Made by a program: the position numbers and the translations under genes
Part shown: positions 35,598 through 45,217 of the stretch, piece by piece
How the letters are laid out: each line of letters opens with the position of its first letter
Position numbering within the stretch: the stretch's first letter is position 1
Notes under the pieces: generated by a model
Seen by the model: only the letters and a program-made list of their open reading frames with translations
Told to the model about the DNA's origin: nothing
The model's database searches: none
Assembly (NCBI GenBank): GCA_903825565.1
Contig: CAIKBD010000150.1
Span: forward strand, 1-59,311
DNA length: 59,311 bases
Source: an uncultured Anaerolineales bacterium
GTDB lineage: Bacteria; Chloroflexota; Anaerolineae; UBA4142
Reading direction: 5' to 3'

Positions 35598-36798
35598 TGC
35601 TCAACGCCATATTGTCGAAATACGCCGACACGCGGCGAAACGTTTCCCACGTGGCGAACCGGATCGTCGCGTCGTACGGATCGTGGTACGTGATGCCGCG
35701 CTCGTCCGCCGCGACGATGACGCTGGCGTGTTCGTACGGCACGAGCTTCACCGTCGCGCCGTCCGCCATTTTCACCGGCACCGGCTTTTGGTACGAGTCC
35801 TGCCACGTGTGCCACCACACCACCGGACGCCCGGCGCGCAAATGCGCCCACACCGCATTTTTGAAATCGGCGTAACTCTGCCCGTACAAAATTTCCGATT
35901 GGACGCCGAGCGCGGTCAACCCCTTTTGCAAGCCCGACGCATAGACGCCGTAATCCGTCAAGCCGCCCAGGTACGCCGAGTTGGTGCGCCCGCGAATTCC
36001 GGCAAACGGATTGTCACTACGCGGCATCACGGCGAGCAGTTGGTCTTCGGTGAACGCGCCGCGCGCCGCCATCACCGCCGACGCCTCTTCGCACGTGAGC
36101 GTTTGCTTTTGCTGGCGCAAGGGCACGTTCGCCGCGCGCACACTCGCCGCGGCGGTCGTTGCCGGCGTTTCGGTTTTCGATTGCGCGACCGGCACGCGCA
36201 AACGTTGACCGGGGATGATGAACCAATCGGCGGGCAAATTGTTTGCGAACGCAATCGCCTGCGTCGTCGTGCCGTAACGCAAAGCGATTGCCGCCGGGTA
36301 TTCGCCCGGCTGAACGATGTGAGTGGTTGTCGCAAATTGAGGAGTGGAATCGTGCGCGGGTTGCGCGTCGGCAGCTGGAATCTTGAGCGACCAGCCGACG
36401 TAGAGCACGCCGTTCGGGGGCAAACGGTTCGCCGCGGAGATCGCGGCAACTGTCGTGTTGAAACGCGCGGCAATCGAAAATAGCGTGTCGCCGGCGCGCA
36501 CGGTGTAATAACCGCTCGGCGTGGTGGAAACGAGGATCGGGGCGGCCGGTTGGTCGCCCCGATCAGGAATGGTTAAACGTGCGCCGACAAAGACCCAGGA
36601 ATTGACGCCGATGTTGTTCGCGCTGGCTAACGCTTGTGGCGAAACGGCGTATGCGCGCGCGATGCTGTACAGCGTTTCGCCCCAGGCGACGGTGTGCGTG
36701 GCGGGCGTCTCGGCGGAGAGGATTGGCGTGGCGCTCAAGAACAACCCAACGCCAATCACCCACACCCAAAATCTCATCCCGCTCGCCTGACCCTTCAT
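35578..36798 (-). CDS. Secreted LysM-repeat protein with C-terminal C39-like (papain-fold) cysteine peptidase domain
   Basis: Signal peptide (MRFWVWVIGVGLFLSATPILSA) and three LysM repeats (HTVAWGETLYSIARAY; YTVRAGDTLFSIAARF; HIVQPGEYPAAIALRY). The C-terminus has QTLTCEEAS (candidate Cys) and YEHASVIV (candidate His). Its ATG overlaps the upstream stop (ATGA). Confidence 0.75.
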   Translation of the reverse strand: MKGQASGMRFWVWVIGVGLFLSATPILSAETPATHTVAWGETLYSIARAYAVSPQALASANNIGVNSWVFVGARLTIPDRGDQPAAPILVSTTPSGYYTVRAGDTLFSIAARFNTTVAAISAANRLPPNGVLYVGWSLKIPAADAQPAHDSTPQFATTTHIVQPGEYPAAIALRYGTTTQAIAFANNLPADWFIIPGQRLRVPVAQSKTETPATTAAASVRAANVPLRQQKQTLTCEEASAVMAARGAFTEDQLLAVMPRSDNPFAGIRGRTNSAYLGGLTDYGVYASGLQKGLTALGVQSEILYGQSYADFKNAVWAHLRAGRPVVWWHTWQDSYQKPVPVKMADGATVKLVPYEHASVIVAADERGITYHDPYDATIRFATWETFRRVSAYFDNMALSIMTNDK

Positions 36799-39122
36799 TC
36801 CGGTTTTTCTTCCACGTCCTTCTTCACCTCGCGCGCCGCGCGCGCTTCTGCCAGCGCGCGTTCGAGCTGTTCGCGCCACGCTTGCGCGCGCGATTTGGGC
36901 ACGAGCGGCGCGGGCGCGGCTGGCACGACGGCAGTCACCGGAGTTTCCGGCGGCGCGACCGGCGCAACGCTTGGCTCGGTCTCTGGCTGGGGTGGCGTCG
37001 GCTCTGCCAGCCCAAGTGCCGGCTCCGTGGGCAAAACCGTTTCCGGCATCCAGCCCGGCTCGACGGAGGCAACAGGCAACGGCTCTTCCGGTTCCGCGCC
37101 CTGCTCGAACCAAATCGGCGACTCGGTGATCGGTTCCGGCGGCGCGACCGTTTCCACACGCAGTTCGACTGGCGCAGGTTCAGCCGGCGCGAACACATCC
37201 TCCTCGATGATCAGCGGATGCAGCGTTTCCTCAATCGGATCAATCGCGGGTTCGGCTTCCGGCAAATCGGCGGGCACCGGTTCATACTCCGCCGCAATGT
37301 CCGACGACGCGCCGAGTTCTTCGCGGCTGGGCGCTTCGAGCGTTTCGGGAATTTCCTCCTCGCCCAGCGCCTCGCCTTCGATCAGTTGCCGCCAGGGACC
37401 GTGAATCCCGTCGTCCGTTACGCCATAGTACACCAGGATTTTGTCGCCGGCGCGTTGCGCGAAATCGTACCGCACCTTGCCCGCGCGTTTGTACGATTTG
37501 CACACGGCGATCTCACCAACCCATTTGAGCGTGCTGGGATCGCACGGGTTTTTTTCGCGCTCGGTGATCGCGTATTGCCACAAGTGCCGCGCGCTTTTGA
37601 GCGTGACATTGTGCACGATACGCGCGTTCCGCAAATCGCGCACCGAATAGTACCCGACCCCTTTCCGCACATCCGCCGCAACGACTTGGACGCCGGTGCG
37701 AGGCGGCGGCACCGTCAACGCGGGCGTCTCGACCGGGGGTTGCGCTGGCGTGACCGCCGTTTTTTCTGCCGGCGCGGCAGTCGGCGTCGCCGGTGCGCCG
37801 ATGCCGGCAAACTCAATCGCCAGCGCGTCGCGCACGAGTTGCACGATCTCGTCGCGCACCGCCAAGCCGGTTTCGCCTTCGGCGCGCACGTAAATGTGGC
37901 TGTCCTCCAAGACGTACGGCACATCACTGCCGCGCGGCACGATCACCTGCAACACATTTTTGCCCTGACTCTTGAGCGATTCGATCTGCACTTCGAGCGG
38001 CGGCGTCACATCCTTGGCGATTGCCGCGCGCAGTTCCGTGCCGGCTTGCTCCGGGCGCTCCACGCCGACGACCGCTTTTTTCACATCGGCATTTGCGCCG
38101 ATGTAGATCGTGCCGCCGTTTGTGTTTGCCAACGCGACCACATCTTGCAGAATCGGGCGGGCGACGCCGCGTCGTTCGGTGAGGCGTTCGTGGAACGATT
38201 GGATCAGCGTTTCGCCGTGCTCGCGCGCTTCGCGCAACGGATCGAACGGCTCTTCGGTTTGCGGGCGGTACGGGCGCGTGCGCGAAAAATCGTTGCCGGC
38301 GAACACCGCTTTGATCGCGTCGAACGTCAATTCGTCGAGTAATATTTCGGTGGCGCGGTCACCCACACCCATTTCGTTTTTGAATTTTTGATCGAAATCG
38401 AGTTTGTGCGCGTCGCTACCCTGGATGCAGTGCATGCGGCGCGGATATTCCGGCTTGGTGCCGGAGAAAAAGAGCGCGGTGCGCCGGCGCGATTTCGATT
38501 CGAGGTCGGTCACTTCGAGCGCGTGCAGGCTTGCGTCTTGCGTGTACGCGATGCGCGTCTGCCCGCCAAAATCGAAACCGGGCATGGCGACGCCGTGCGA
38601 CGAGTTGGCGTGCGCGGCGATCACCAAACCGCCGGCTTGATTGATCGCGCGGTACGCCGTCAATACGTCAGTCGTCGCGCCGACCTCACCGCTACCGAGA
38701 TCGAGCCGGTCTGCCGGCACGTGCAACGAGAGCAGGAGCAATTCCAGTTGGCGCAAAGTGGTTTCGGGGGGAAAGATGCCGAGCACGTGAAAGCCCAGCG
38801 TCGCCGTCAATTCAAAGCCGGGAAAGATCAAGATTTTTTCCCGCAAACGGCGATACTCGTCCAACTGCACGCGCTCGTCGTCGCGCAAGCGTTTCAGGCG
38901 TTCGAGCGTTTCGAGCGTTTCGATTTCTTCGAGCAAGCGCGCATAGCCCTGCACCGTATTGTGATCGGTGAAAGCAATCGCGTCAAGATTGCGTTCTTCG
39001 GCTTTTTTCAAAAAGGCGAGATACGACACGTTGGCTTGTTTAAAATCCGCCGATGCCGGGGTATGCAGATGCAAGTCCAGCCGGAACCATTGACGTTGGC
39101 TGGTTTTTTTACGATGAATCAT
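36795..39122 (-). CDS. PHP-domain phosphoesterase fused to AlbA_2 (Schlafen-type) domain, an unknown domain and an acidic Pro-rich tail
   Basis: ATG 39122 is preceded by AGGAAGGA. PHP motifs: [33 protein letters not shown]. AlbA_2-like motif: [16 protein letters not shown]. Then comes a ~110-aa unassigned domain and a ~230-aa Glu/Pro-rich tail. Confidence 0.75.
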   Translation of the reverse strand: MIHRKKTSQRQWFRLDLHLHTPASADFKQANVSYLAFLKKAEERNLDAIAFTDHNTVQGYARLLEEIETLETLERLKRLRDDERVQLDEYRRLREKILIFPGFELTATLGFHVLGIFPPETTLRQLELLLLSLHVPADRLDLGSGEVGATTDVLTAYRAINQAGGLVIAAHANSSHGVAMPGFDFGGQTRIAYTQDASLHALEVTDLESKSRRRTALFFSGTKPEYPRRMHCIQGSDAHKLDFDQKFKNEMGVGDRATEILLDELTFDAIKAVFAGNDFSRTRPYRPQTEEPFDPLREAREHGETLIQSFHERLTERRGVARPILQDVVALANTNGGTIYIGANADVKKAVVGVERPEQAGTELRAAIAKDVTPPLEVQIESLKSQGKNVLQVIVPRGSDVPYVLEDSHIYVRAEGETGLAVRDEIVQLVRDALAIEFAGIGAPATPTAAPAEKTAVTPAQPPVETPALTVPPPRTGVQVVAADVRKGVGYYSVRDLRNARIVHNVTLKSARHLWQYAITEREKNPCDPSTLKWVGEIAVCKSYKRAGKVRYDFAQRAGDKILVYYGVTDDGIHGPWRQLIEGEALGEEEIPETLEAPSREELGASSDIAAEYEPVPADLPEAEPAIDPIEETLHPLIIEEDVFAPAEPAPVELRVETVAPPEPITESPIWFEQGAEPEEPLPVASVEPGWMPETVLPTEPALGLAEPTPPQPETEPSVAPVAPPETPVTAVVPAAPAPLVPKSRAQAWREQLERALAEARAAREVKKDVEEKPE

Positions 39123-39327
39123 TGGGATTCCTTCCTGAGGGTATGCGATCCCCACTGCCACCACGGCGGGGGATCGAAAATGGAAGGATCACGGTGCGGG
39201 GAAAACGCGGCGAAAAAATAGCGCGAGCGCGGCAGTCCGTTCAATAAAAGATCACTCGCGGCAATCACACGCCGGTGGCTCGACAAATGCCGCGCCGGTT
39301 GGGCAATCTAATACGGCACGCAGAAAT

Positions 39328-39356
39328 AGTCTAGCCGATGGCATGCGAACAATCAA
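39328..39356 (-). promoter_or_regulatory. Possible promoter of the PHP-AlbA_2 operon
   Basis: Minus strand reads TTGATT-17 nt-TAGACT. This would give a ~200-nt leader containing the hairpin CGATCCCC/GGGGATCG (39146-39176). Confidence 0.3.
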
Positions 39357-39492
39357 TCAGCGGCGTTACCCGTTATGACCCTTGCCTAAATGAGAAACGT
39401 ACGCCGTCGTCCGCAGCGGTAATCAATGCAATGCCCGTGCGGTACGGCGCAACGTTTCGAGGTTGATACACGATAGAGTTGTTAATGATCGC

Positions 39493-39548
39493 GCGACGCA
39501 CTACGCAATACGCACTACGTATTACGTATTACGTATTGCGTATTACGT
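39493..39548. repeat. Tandem heptamer array (ATTACGT-like x8) overlapping the lon stop codon
   Basis: GCGACGC ACTACGC AATACGC ACTACGT ATTACGT ATTACGT ATTGCGT ATTACGT. The lon TAA (39543-39545) lies in the last unit. Confidence 0.7.
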
Positions 39549-42047
39549 TCGTTTCTTGGCGGCGCGCGGTAGCTTCGTCTTGTCTGCGTCCTTTGCATCG
39601 CCAAACGCATAGCCATCGCTAGGGGTTGGCACGCTAGACGCGGGACAAAGCGCGGCATCGAACACGTCGCTGACTTGCTCGGCAAAGATGAACCGCAATT
39701 CCTGGCGAATCTGTTCGGGCAAATCGTCCAGGTCTTTTTCGTTGCGCTTGGGCAAGATAATTGTCTTTAGTCCGGCGCGGTGCGCGGCAAGTACTTTTTC
39801 CTTGATGCCGCCCACCGGCAAAACGCGACCACGCAACGTAATTTCGCCGGTCATCGCCACGTCGTTCCGCACCAGGCGATTGGTCATCAACGACGCAAGC
39901 GCGGTCGCCATCGTGACCCCGGCGCTGGGACCATCTTTGGGCGTCGCGCCTTCCGGCACATGCAAGTGAATGTCACTGCGCTCGAACGACTTGGCGTCAA
40001 TCCCCAGGGTAGACGCTTTGGAGCGCACGTACGATAGCGCGGCTTGCGCGGATTCTTTCATCACATCGCCCAATTGCCCGGTGACAATAAACCCTTTGCC
40101 GCCCGGCATTTTGGTCGCTTCGATAAACACAATGTCGCCGCCGACCGGCGTCCAGACCAAGCCGGTTGAAACGCCCGCGACAGTCGTGCGCTCGGCAACC
40201 TCGCCATAGAACCGGGGTTTGCCAAGCAGTTCGCTTACCTTTGCCGGCGTGATCTGAATCGGCGTCGGCTTGCCTTCCGCGATGTGCGTCGCCACTTTGC
40301 GGCACACCCGCCCCACTTCGCGTTCCAGCCCGCGCACGCCGGCTTCGCGCGTGTAATCGCGCGCGATCTGGCGCAGTGCCTCGTCCTCAAACGCGATCTC
40401 TTCCGGCTTGAGTCCGTTCTCCTTCACCTGCCGCGGCACGAGATAGCCCTTGGCAATGTTGAGTTTTTCGTCTTCGGTGTAGCCGGAGAGCGTGAGAATT
40501 TCCATCCGGTCGCGCAGCGCCGGCTGGATTGGTTCGAGCTGGTTCGCCGTGCAGATAAAGATCGCCTGGGACAGATCAAAATCCACGTCGAGGTAATGAT
40601 CGCGGAACGTCTTGTTCTGCGCCGGGTCGAGCACTTCGAGCAAAGCGGACGAGGGATCGCCGCGAAAGTCCGCGCCCACCTTGTCCACTTCATCGAGCAT
40701 CACGAGCGGGTTGCGCGATTCCGCGCGCTTGAGCGATTGGATGATGCGCCCGGGCAATGCACCGATGTACGTGCGCCGATGCCCGCGAATCTCCGCCTCG
40801 TCGTGCATTCCGCCCAGCGACATGCGGATGAACTTGCGCCCCAACGCGCGCGCGATGGATTGCCCCAGTGATGTTTTGCCCACGCCGGGCGGACCCGCGA
40901 AGCAGAGGATTGACCCCTTGTAGGTTTTCGCCTCTTCGTCGCCGCCGCGCTCCAGCCGGAGTTTTCGCACGGCGAGGTATTCGAGGATACGTTCCTTGAC
41001 ATCCTTGAGATCGTAATGATCTTCGTCGAGGATTTGGCGCGCGCGGGCAATGTCCAGGTTGTCTTCCGTCGTCTTACTCCACGGCAACGCCACGAGCCAA
41101 TCAAGGTACGTTTTGATGACGTGGTACTCGGCGGCGGCGGGCGGCATCGCGCGCATCCGTTCGAGTTCGCGCTTGGCTTCCTTTTCGGCTTCGGGCGTCA
41201 TTTGCGCTTCGGCGATCTTTTTGTCGTACTCCTTGATCTCGACCGCTTGCTCGTCCTCCTCGCCCAGCTCTTTCTTGATCTGTTTCATCTGCTCGCGCAG
41301 AATGTACTCGCGCTGGTTTTTTTCCAGTTCGGTCTGCGCTTGCGATTGGATTTCCTTCGCCGTTTTGAGGACATCCAACTCTTTGGCAATCAACGCGTTC
41401 AGTTTTGCCAACTTGTCCGACACATTGTCCAGTTCGAGCAGGGCTTGGGCATCGCCGAGCTCCATGCGTAAACTGGTGGCGAGCATGTACACGAGTTGGC
41501 GCGGATCGTCAATGTTGATCGCCGCCATCACCAATTCTTCCGGCAGGTTGGGCGCGAGCGCGGCAAGCTGGCGGAACAGCTCAATCGTGTTCCGCATCAA
41601 CGCTTGTTCCTGCACGCTCTTGTCAATCTGGTCGGGAATCACTTCGATGCGCGCTTTGAGGTACGGCTCGACCGCCGTAAACTCGGCGATGCGGATGCGC
41701 TCGACGCCCTGCACGATCAGCCGCATGGTCGAGTCGGGCGCGCGCAACATGCGATGAATGATTGCCACCGTGCCGATGGAAAACACGTCGTCCGGCCCGG
41801 CTTCTTCAACCTTGTCGTCGCGCATCGTGACCAACGCCACCATGCGATTGCCGGTCGTCGCCTCGTCCACCAGTTTGATCGAGCGCGGTTGCCCCACATT
41901 GAGCGGCAACACGGTCAAGGGATAAACGACAGTGCCGCGCAACGGCAGGATCGGCAATTCACTGGGGATGTTGGGAGTATTCTCTTGTTCTTTTTTCTCG
42001 GGTTCGAGTTCCACGTCCGCAGGTTTTTTGCCGGCAAAGATATTCAT
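39543..42047 (-). CDS. lon: ATP-dependent Lon protease
   Basis: LON N-domain, AAA+ Walker A (GPPGVGKTS) and the proteolytic Ser motif ([11 protein letters not shown]). Confidence 0.95.
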   Translation of the reverse strand: MNIFAGKKPADVELEPEKKEQENTPNIPSELPILPLRGTVVYPLTVLPLNVGQPRSIKLVDEATTGNRMVALVTMRDDKVEEAGPDDVFSIGTVAIIHRMLRAPDSTMRLIVQGVERIRIAEFTAVEPYLKARIEVIPDQIDKSVQEQALMRNTIELFRQLAALAPNLPEELVMAAINIDDPRQLVYMLATSLRMELGDAQALLELDNVSDKLAKLNALIAKELDVLKTAKEIQSQAQTELEKNQREYILREQMKQIKKELGEEDEQAVEIKEYDKKIAEAQMTPEAEKEAKRELERMRAMPPAAAEYHVIKTYLDWLVALPWSKTTEDNLDIARARQILDEDHYDLKDVKERILEYLAVRKLRLERGGDEEAKTYKGSILCFAGPPGVGKTSLGQSIARALGRKFIRMSLGGMHDEAEIRGHRRTYIGALPGRIIQSLKRAESRNPLVMLDEVDKVGADFRGDPSSALLEVLDPAQNKTFRDHYLDVDFDLSQAIFICTANQLEPIQPALRDRMEILTLSGYTEDEKLNIAKGYLVPRQVKENGLKPEEIAFEDEALRQIARDYTREAGVRGLEREVGRVCRKVATHIAEGKPTPIQITPAKVSELLGKPRFYGEVAERTTVAGVSTGLVWTPVGGDIVFIEATKMPGGKGFIVTGQLGDVMKESAQAALSYVRSKASTLGIDAKSFERSDIHLHVPEGATPKDGPSAGVTMATALASLMTNRLVRNDVAMTGEITLRGRVLPVGGIKEKVLAAHRAGLKTIILPKRNEKDLDDLPEQIRQELRFIFAEQVSDVFDAALCPASSVPTPSDGYAFGDAKDADKTKLPRAAKKRT

Positions 42048-42117
42048 CCTCTACTCCACACCTTCCTCGGATGCCCTCACGCAACCGCGCGTCGGATCAA
42101 CTCCGCGCGCGAGTTGA

Positions 42118-42555
42118 CTAGGAATTAGACACGCCTTGCACGCGGATGGGCACGCGATGTTCTTGTTTAGTTTTGGGCAAGGCAATGTACAAAAAGCCGT
42201 TTGCGTACCGTGCGTCCACATCGTTCAACGCAAACGTTCCGGTCAAGAACACTTCCGTGCGAAATTCGCCGTACGGAATTTCAAGGCAATGGTACGACAG
42301 TTTGGCGTCGTGGTCTTCGCGCACGCCGGACACGGTGAGCACCCGGTCTTGAAACGAGATCCGGAAATCGTCGGGGTTCATGCCGGCAATTTCGATCTTG
42401 ACGATCACCGCCGTGTCCGTTTCGTACACATCCGTCGGCGGACGCCACACCCGCGGACGCGCGCGGTGCTCGTGCGGAAAGAACGTGTGCAACATGCGAT
42501 CCATCTGCCGCTCGAACTGTTCGATATCTTCCGATTCGATCAAATCTCGTGCCAT
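42118..42555 (-). CDS. Hsp20/alpha-crystallin small heat-shock protein
   Basis: ATG 42555 is preceded by GAGGAGG. ACD core: PPTDVYETDTAVIVKIEIAGMNPDDFRISFQDRVLTVSGVR...GFLYIALPK. It lies 70 nt upstream of lon. Confidence 0.9.
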   Translation of the reverse strand: MARDLIESEDIEQFERQMDRMLHTFFPHEHRARPRVWRPPTDVYETDTAVIVKIEIAGMNPDDFRISFQDRVLTVSGVREDHDAKLSYHCLEIPYGEFRTEVFLTGTFALNDVDARYANGFLYIALPKTKQEHRVPIRVQGVSNS

Positions 42556-42588
42556 ACGCGCCTTGCCTCCTCGCCAAAATCCGGCGGT

Positions 42589-42617
42589 ATTGTAACACAC
42601 TTGCGCGAATCTCTCAA
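42589..42617 (-). promoter_or_regulatory. Predicted hsp20-lon promoter
   Basis: Minus strand reads TTGAGA-17 nt-TACAAT. Confidence 0.45.
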
Positions 42618-42620
42618 GTT

Positions 42621-42635
42621 AAATTTCGTAAATTT
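42621..42635. promoter_or_regulatory. Palindromic motif AAATTTCGTAAATTT between the two divergent -35 boxes
   Basis: Seen directly in the sequence. A related copy lies at 42685-42698. Confidence 0.35.
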
Positions 42636-42636
42636 T

Positions 42637-42664
42637 TTGCAAGGTGTGCCATTCCGCGTATAAT
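42637..42664 (+). promoter_or_regulatory. Predicted promoter of the isoaspartyl peptidase gene
   Basis: TTGCAA-16 nt-TATAAT. Confidence 0.45.
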
Positions 42665-42680
42665 CGTTGGGCAACCTGTG

Positions 42681-42702
42681 GGGCAAATTCGTAAATTTGC
42701 CC
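42681..42702. promoter_or_regulatory. Perfect inverted repeat GGGCAAATT-CGTA-AATTTGCCC in the leader
   Basis: 9-bp arms. The core AAATTCGTAAATTT matches the motif at 42621-42635. Confidence 0.4.
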
Positions 42703-42723
42703 GACATTTGCAGAGGAGTTTCT

Positions 42724-43626
42724 ATGGGTCTGGCATTGATCGTGCACGGCGGCGCGGGCGACATATCAGCGCGCGAGGCGACGCCGCATCGCGCCGGCGC
42801 AATCCGAGCGGCGCAAATCGGCTGGGAGATTTTGGCGCACGGCGGCGCGGCGCGCGACGCGGTTGAAGCGGCGGTGCGCGTTATGGAAGACGATCCGACG
42901 TTCGACGCCGGCATCGGCTCGTATCTGGATCGCAACGGCAATGTGACGCTCGACGCTAGTTTTATGGACGGCGCAACGCTCAACGCCGGCGCAGTCGCCG
43001 GCGTCAAACGCGTCCAGAATGTGATCACGCTGGCGCGCCGCGTAATGGAAAGCGAACACACTTTTTTGATCGCGGAAGGCGCGGAGCAATTCGCGCAAGA
43101 ACACGGCATCGCGCTGATTGACAATCGGGAACTGTGCACACCGGAGCAAATCGCCATTTGGCAGGAGTGTTTACAGTCGCCGCCGGTGCGTGAGACGGCA
43201 AAATACGTGCCACCGCAAGCCGGCGGCACTGTCGGTTGCGTCGCCGTGGATCGCGCCGGCGACATTGCGGCGGGCACCTCGACCGGCGGGATGAAATTCA
43301 AGCGACCGGGGCGCGTGGGCGATTCGCCGTTAATCGGCGCGGGCGTCTACGCCGACAACACACTCGGCGGGGCATCCTCAACCGGTTGGGGTGAGGCAAT
43401 CACACGCGTCGTCATGGCGAAATTTGCGGTGGACGCGCTGGCAAGCGACCGCGATCCGCGCGAGGCGGCACATGCCACCATCGAGTATCTCGCCAAACGG
43501 GTACACGGTACTGGCGGCATCATCCTCGCCGACCGAACGGGGCGCATCGGTTTCTGCTTCAACACGCCGCGCATGGCATGGGCACACATCACGGAGCAAA
43601 CCGGCGAGATAGTTGGTGACTGTTAA
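42724..43626 (+). CDS. iaaA: Isoaspartyl peptidase / plant-type L-asparaginase (Ntn hydrolase)
   Basis: LIVHGGAG at the N-terminus. The autoprocessing site is GGTVGCVAVD. Also GAGVYAD and GGIILAD. Confidence 0.9.
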   Translation: MGLALIVHGGAGDISAREATPHRAGAIRAAQIGWEILAHGGAARDAVEAAVRVMEDDPTFDAGIGSYLDRNGNVTLDASFMDGATLNAGAVAGVKRVQNVITLARRVMESEHTFLIAEGAEQFAQEHGIALIDNRELCTPEQIAIWQECLQSPPVRETAKYVPPQAGGTVGCVAVDRAGDIAAGTSTGGMKFKRPGRVGDSPLIGAGVYADNTLGGASSTGWGEAITRVVMAKFAVDALASDRDPREAAHATIEYLAKRVHGTGGIILADRTGRIGFCFNTPRMAWAHITEQTGEIVGDC

Positions 43627-43691
43627 TTTCACTTGTCATAATGACAGCGCGCGAAAATCGCCTGGATTGCATAAAAAAGACGTGAAAACCC

Positions 43692-43720
43692 TTGACTTGA
43701 CCCTTTGATTGCCTTATAAT
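43692..43720 (+). promoter_or_regulatory. Consensus sigma-70 promoter upstream of rpoD
   Basis: TTGACT-17 nt-TATAAT, exact consensus hexamers. Confidence 0.6.
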
Positions 43721-43721
43721 G

Positions 43722-43766
43722 AAATTGAGACGGGGAGCAATCTCCTTGTCTCAATTTTGTTGTTTG
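43722..43766 (+). terminator. Terminator-like hairpin plus U-tract directly after the rpoD promoter (leader attenuator, 5' stabiliser, or terminator of iaaA)
   Basis: 16-bp stem 43722-43737 / 43742-43757 with two G-T pairs and loop CAAT, followed by TTTTGTTGTTTG. Confidence 0.45.
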
Positions 43767-43803
43767 TATCAGATAGAATGGCGAATGGGTGGTGTTGACA
43801 GAA

Positions 43804-45132
43804 ATGGCGAAAAAAATAACGACAAGTAAGGTAAAAACGAAAGAAAAGAGACCGAAACTCGCTGATGACCTGAAAACAACCCTGCGTCCAGATACTAAAA
43901 AGCCCGCAAGTAAAGCCGCGCGCACGCTTCGTGCCGCCTTCGCCAAATCACCCGATGCAACCTTGATGGGGCAAGCCGAAGAAGAACCGACCGCTGTGGA
44001 CGAACTGATCAAGAAAGGCAAAGATCAGGGTTATCTGACGCAGGACGATATTTTGCAGGTTTTCCCCGAAGCGGAATCGAACCTCGAACAGCTCGAAGAA
44101 CTCTACATCGTTCTGTTTGATGAGGGCATTTCGGTTGTCGAAGCGGAAAAACCGGCGTCTACCGAAGAAGCCGACGAAGCCGAGTCTGCCAAATCCCAAC
44201 AGGAAGATTTGGATTTGAGCGCGATTGGGATTGACGACACGGTTTCGCTCTACCTCAAGGAAATTTCGCGCATCCCCCTGCTGACCGCCGCGCAAGAGGT
44301 GGAATACGCGCGCGGAATGGAAACCGGCAAACGGGCGCGCTATCGCCTGAACAAGAACCACATCGCGCCGAATGAGCGCGCACGGCTGGAAGACAAGATT
44401 CGCGAAGGCGAAATGTATCGCCAGAAATTGATCAAGGCGAACTTTCGGCTGGTCGTCTCCATTGCGAAAAAATACATCGGGCGCGGTGTGTCGTTTCTCG
44501 ACTTGATCCAGGAAGGCAATATCGGCTTGATTCGCGCCGTCGAAAAATTCGATCATCATCGCGGATTCAAATTTTCGACGTACGCGACGTGGTGGATTCG
44601 GCAAGCGATCACGCGCGCCATCGCCGACCAGGGGCGCACGATCCGCGTGCCCGTCCACATGTGCGAACGCATCAACAAGTTGACGCGCGTCTCGCGGCAA
44701 CTCGTGCAAGAGTTGGGGCGCGAGCCGACGAGCGAAGAGATCGCGCAGGAGTTGAACACCACCTCGCGCAAGGTCGAGCGCATCATCAAAATTTCGCAAC
44801 GCCCGCTCTCGCTCGAAATGCCGGTCGGCGAGGAACAAGATTCGCATCTGGGCGATTTCATCCCGGACGAAATGACCTTGGGCCCGACGGACGCGGCATC
44901 GCATCAATTGTTGCGCGAGCAGATGGAAGACATTCTCACATCGCTGTCGCCGCGCGAGGGGCGCGTGTTGCAACTGCGCTTTGGGCTGAAGGACGGCAAG
45001 AGCCATACGCTCGAAGAAGTCGGCAAGAAATTCGGCGTGACGCGCGAACGCATCCGGCAGATCGAGGCAAAGGCGCTCCGCAAGTTGCGCCACCCGTCGC
45101 GCTCGCGCAAGTTGCGCGATTATCTCGAATAG
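43804..45132 (+). CDS. rpoD: Primary RNA polymerase sigma factor
   Basis: Regions 1.2 to 4.2 are present ([10 protein letters not shown]; [18 protein letters not shown]; [15 protein letters not shown]; [19 protein letters not shown]). Confidence 0.95.
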   Translation: MAKKITTSKVKTKEKRPKLADDLKTTLRPDTKKPASKAARTLRAAFAKSPDATLMGQAEEEPTAVDELIKKGKDQGYLTQDDILQVFPEAESNLEQLEELYIVLFDEGISVVEAEKPASTEEADEAESAKSQQEDLDLSAIGIDDTVSLYLKEISRIPLLTAAQEVEYARGMETGKRARYRLNKNHIAPNERARLEDKIREGEMYRQKLIKANFRLVVSIAKKYIGRGVSFLDLIQEGNIGLIRAVEKFDHHRGFKFSTYATWWIRQAITRAIADQGRTIRVPVHMCERINKLTRVSRQLVQELGREPTSEEIAQELNTTSRKVERIIKISQRPLSLEMPVGEEQDSHLGDFIPDEMTLGPTDAASHQLLREQMEDILTSLSPREGRVLQLRFGLKDGKSHTLEEVGKKFGVTRERIRQIEAKALRKLRHPSRSRKLRDYLE

Positions 45133-45135
45133 AAC

Positions 45136-45178
45136 AAACCTCCGAGGTTTTGAAAACCTCGGAGGTTTTGTATTTTTG
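45136..45178 (+). terminator. Intrinsic terminator of rpoD
   Basis: AAACCTCCGAGG / CCTCGGAGGTTT, a 12-bp stem with loop TTTTGAAAA, followed by TGTATTTTT. Confidence 0.8.
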
Positions 45179-45217
45179 CCGCTTGCGCCATTGTCCTATC
45201 TTGCATACAATACCGGC

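Noticed and set aside
39493-39548. Tandem heptamer and decamer arrays considered as possible CRISPR arrays
   Set aside because: The units are 7-10 nt with no unique spacers, there are no cas genes, and the arrays are only 28-56 nt long.
42556-42723. CIRCE (HrcA) or HAIR (HspR) operators upstream of hsp20-lon
   Set aside because: Neither consensus is present. Only a partial TCTCAAGT resembles half of HAIR, and it coincides with the predicted -35 box.
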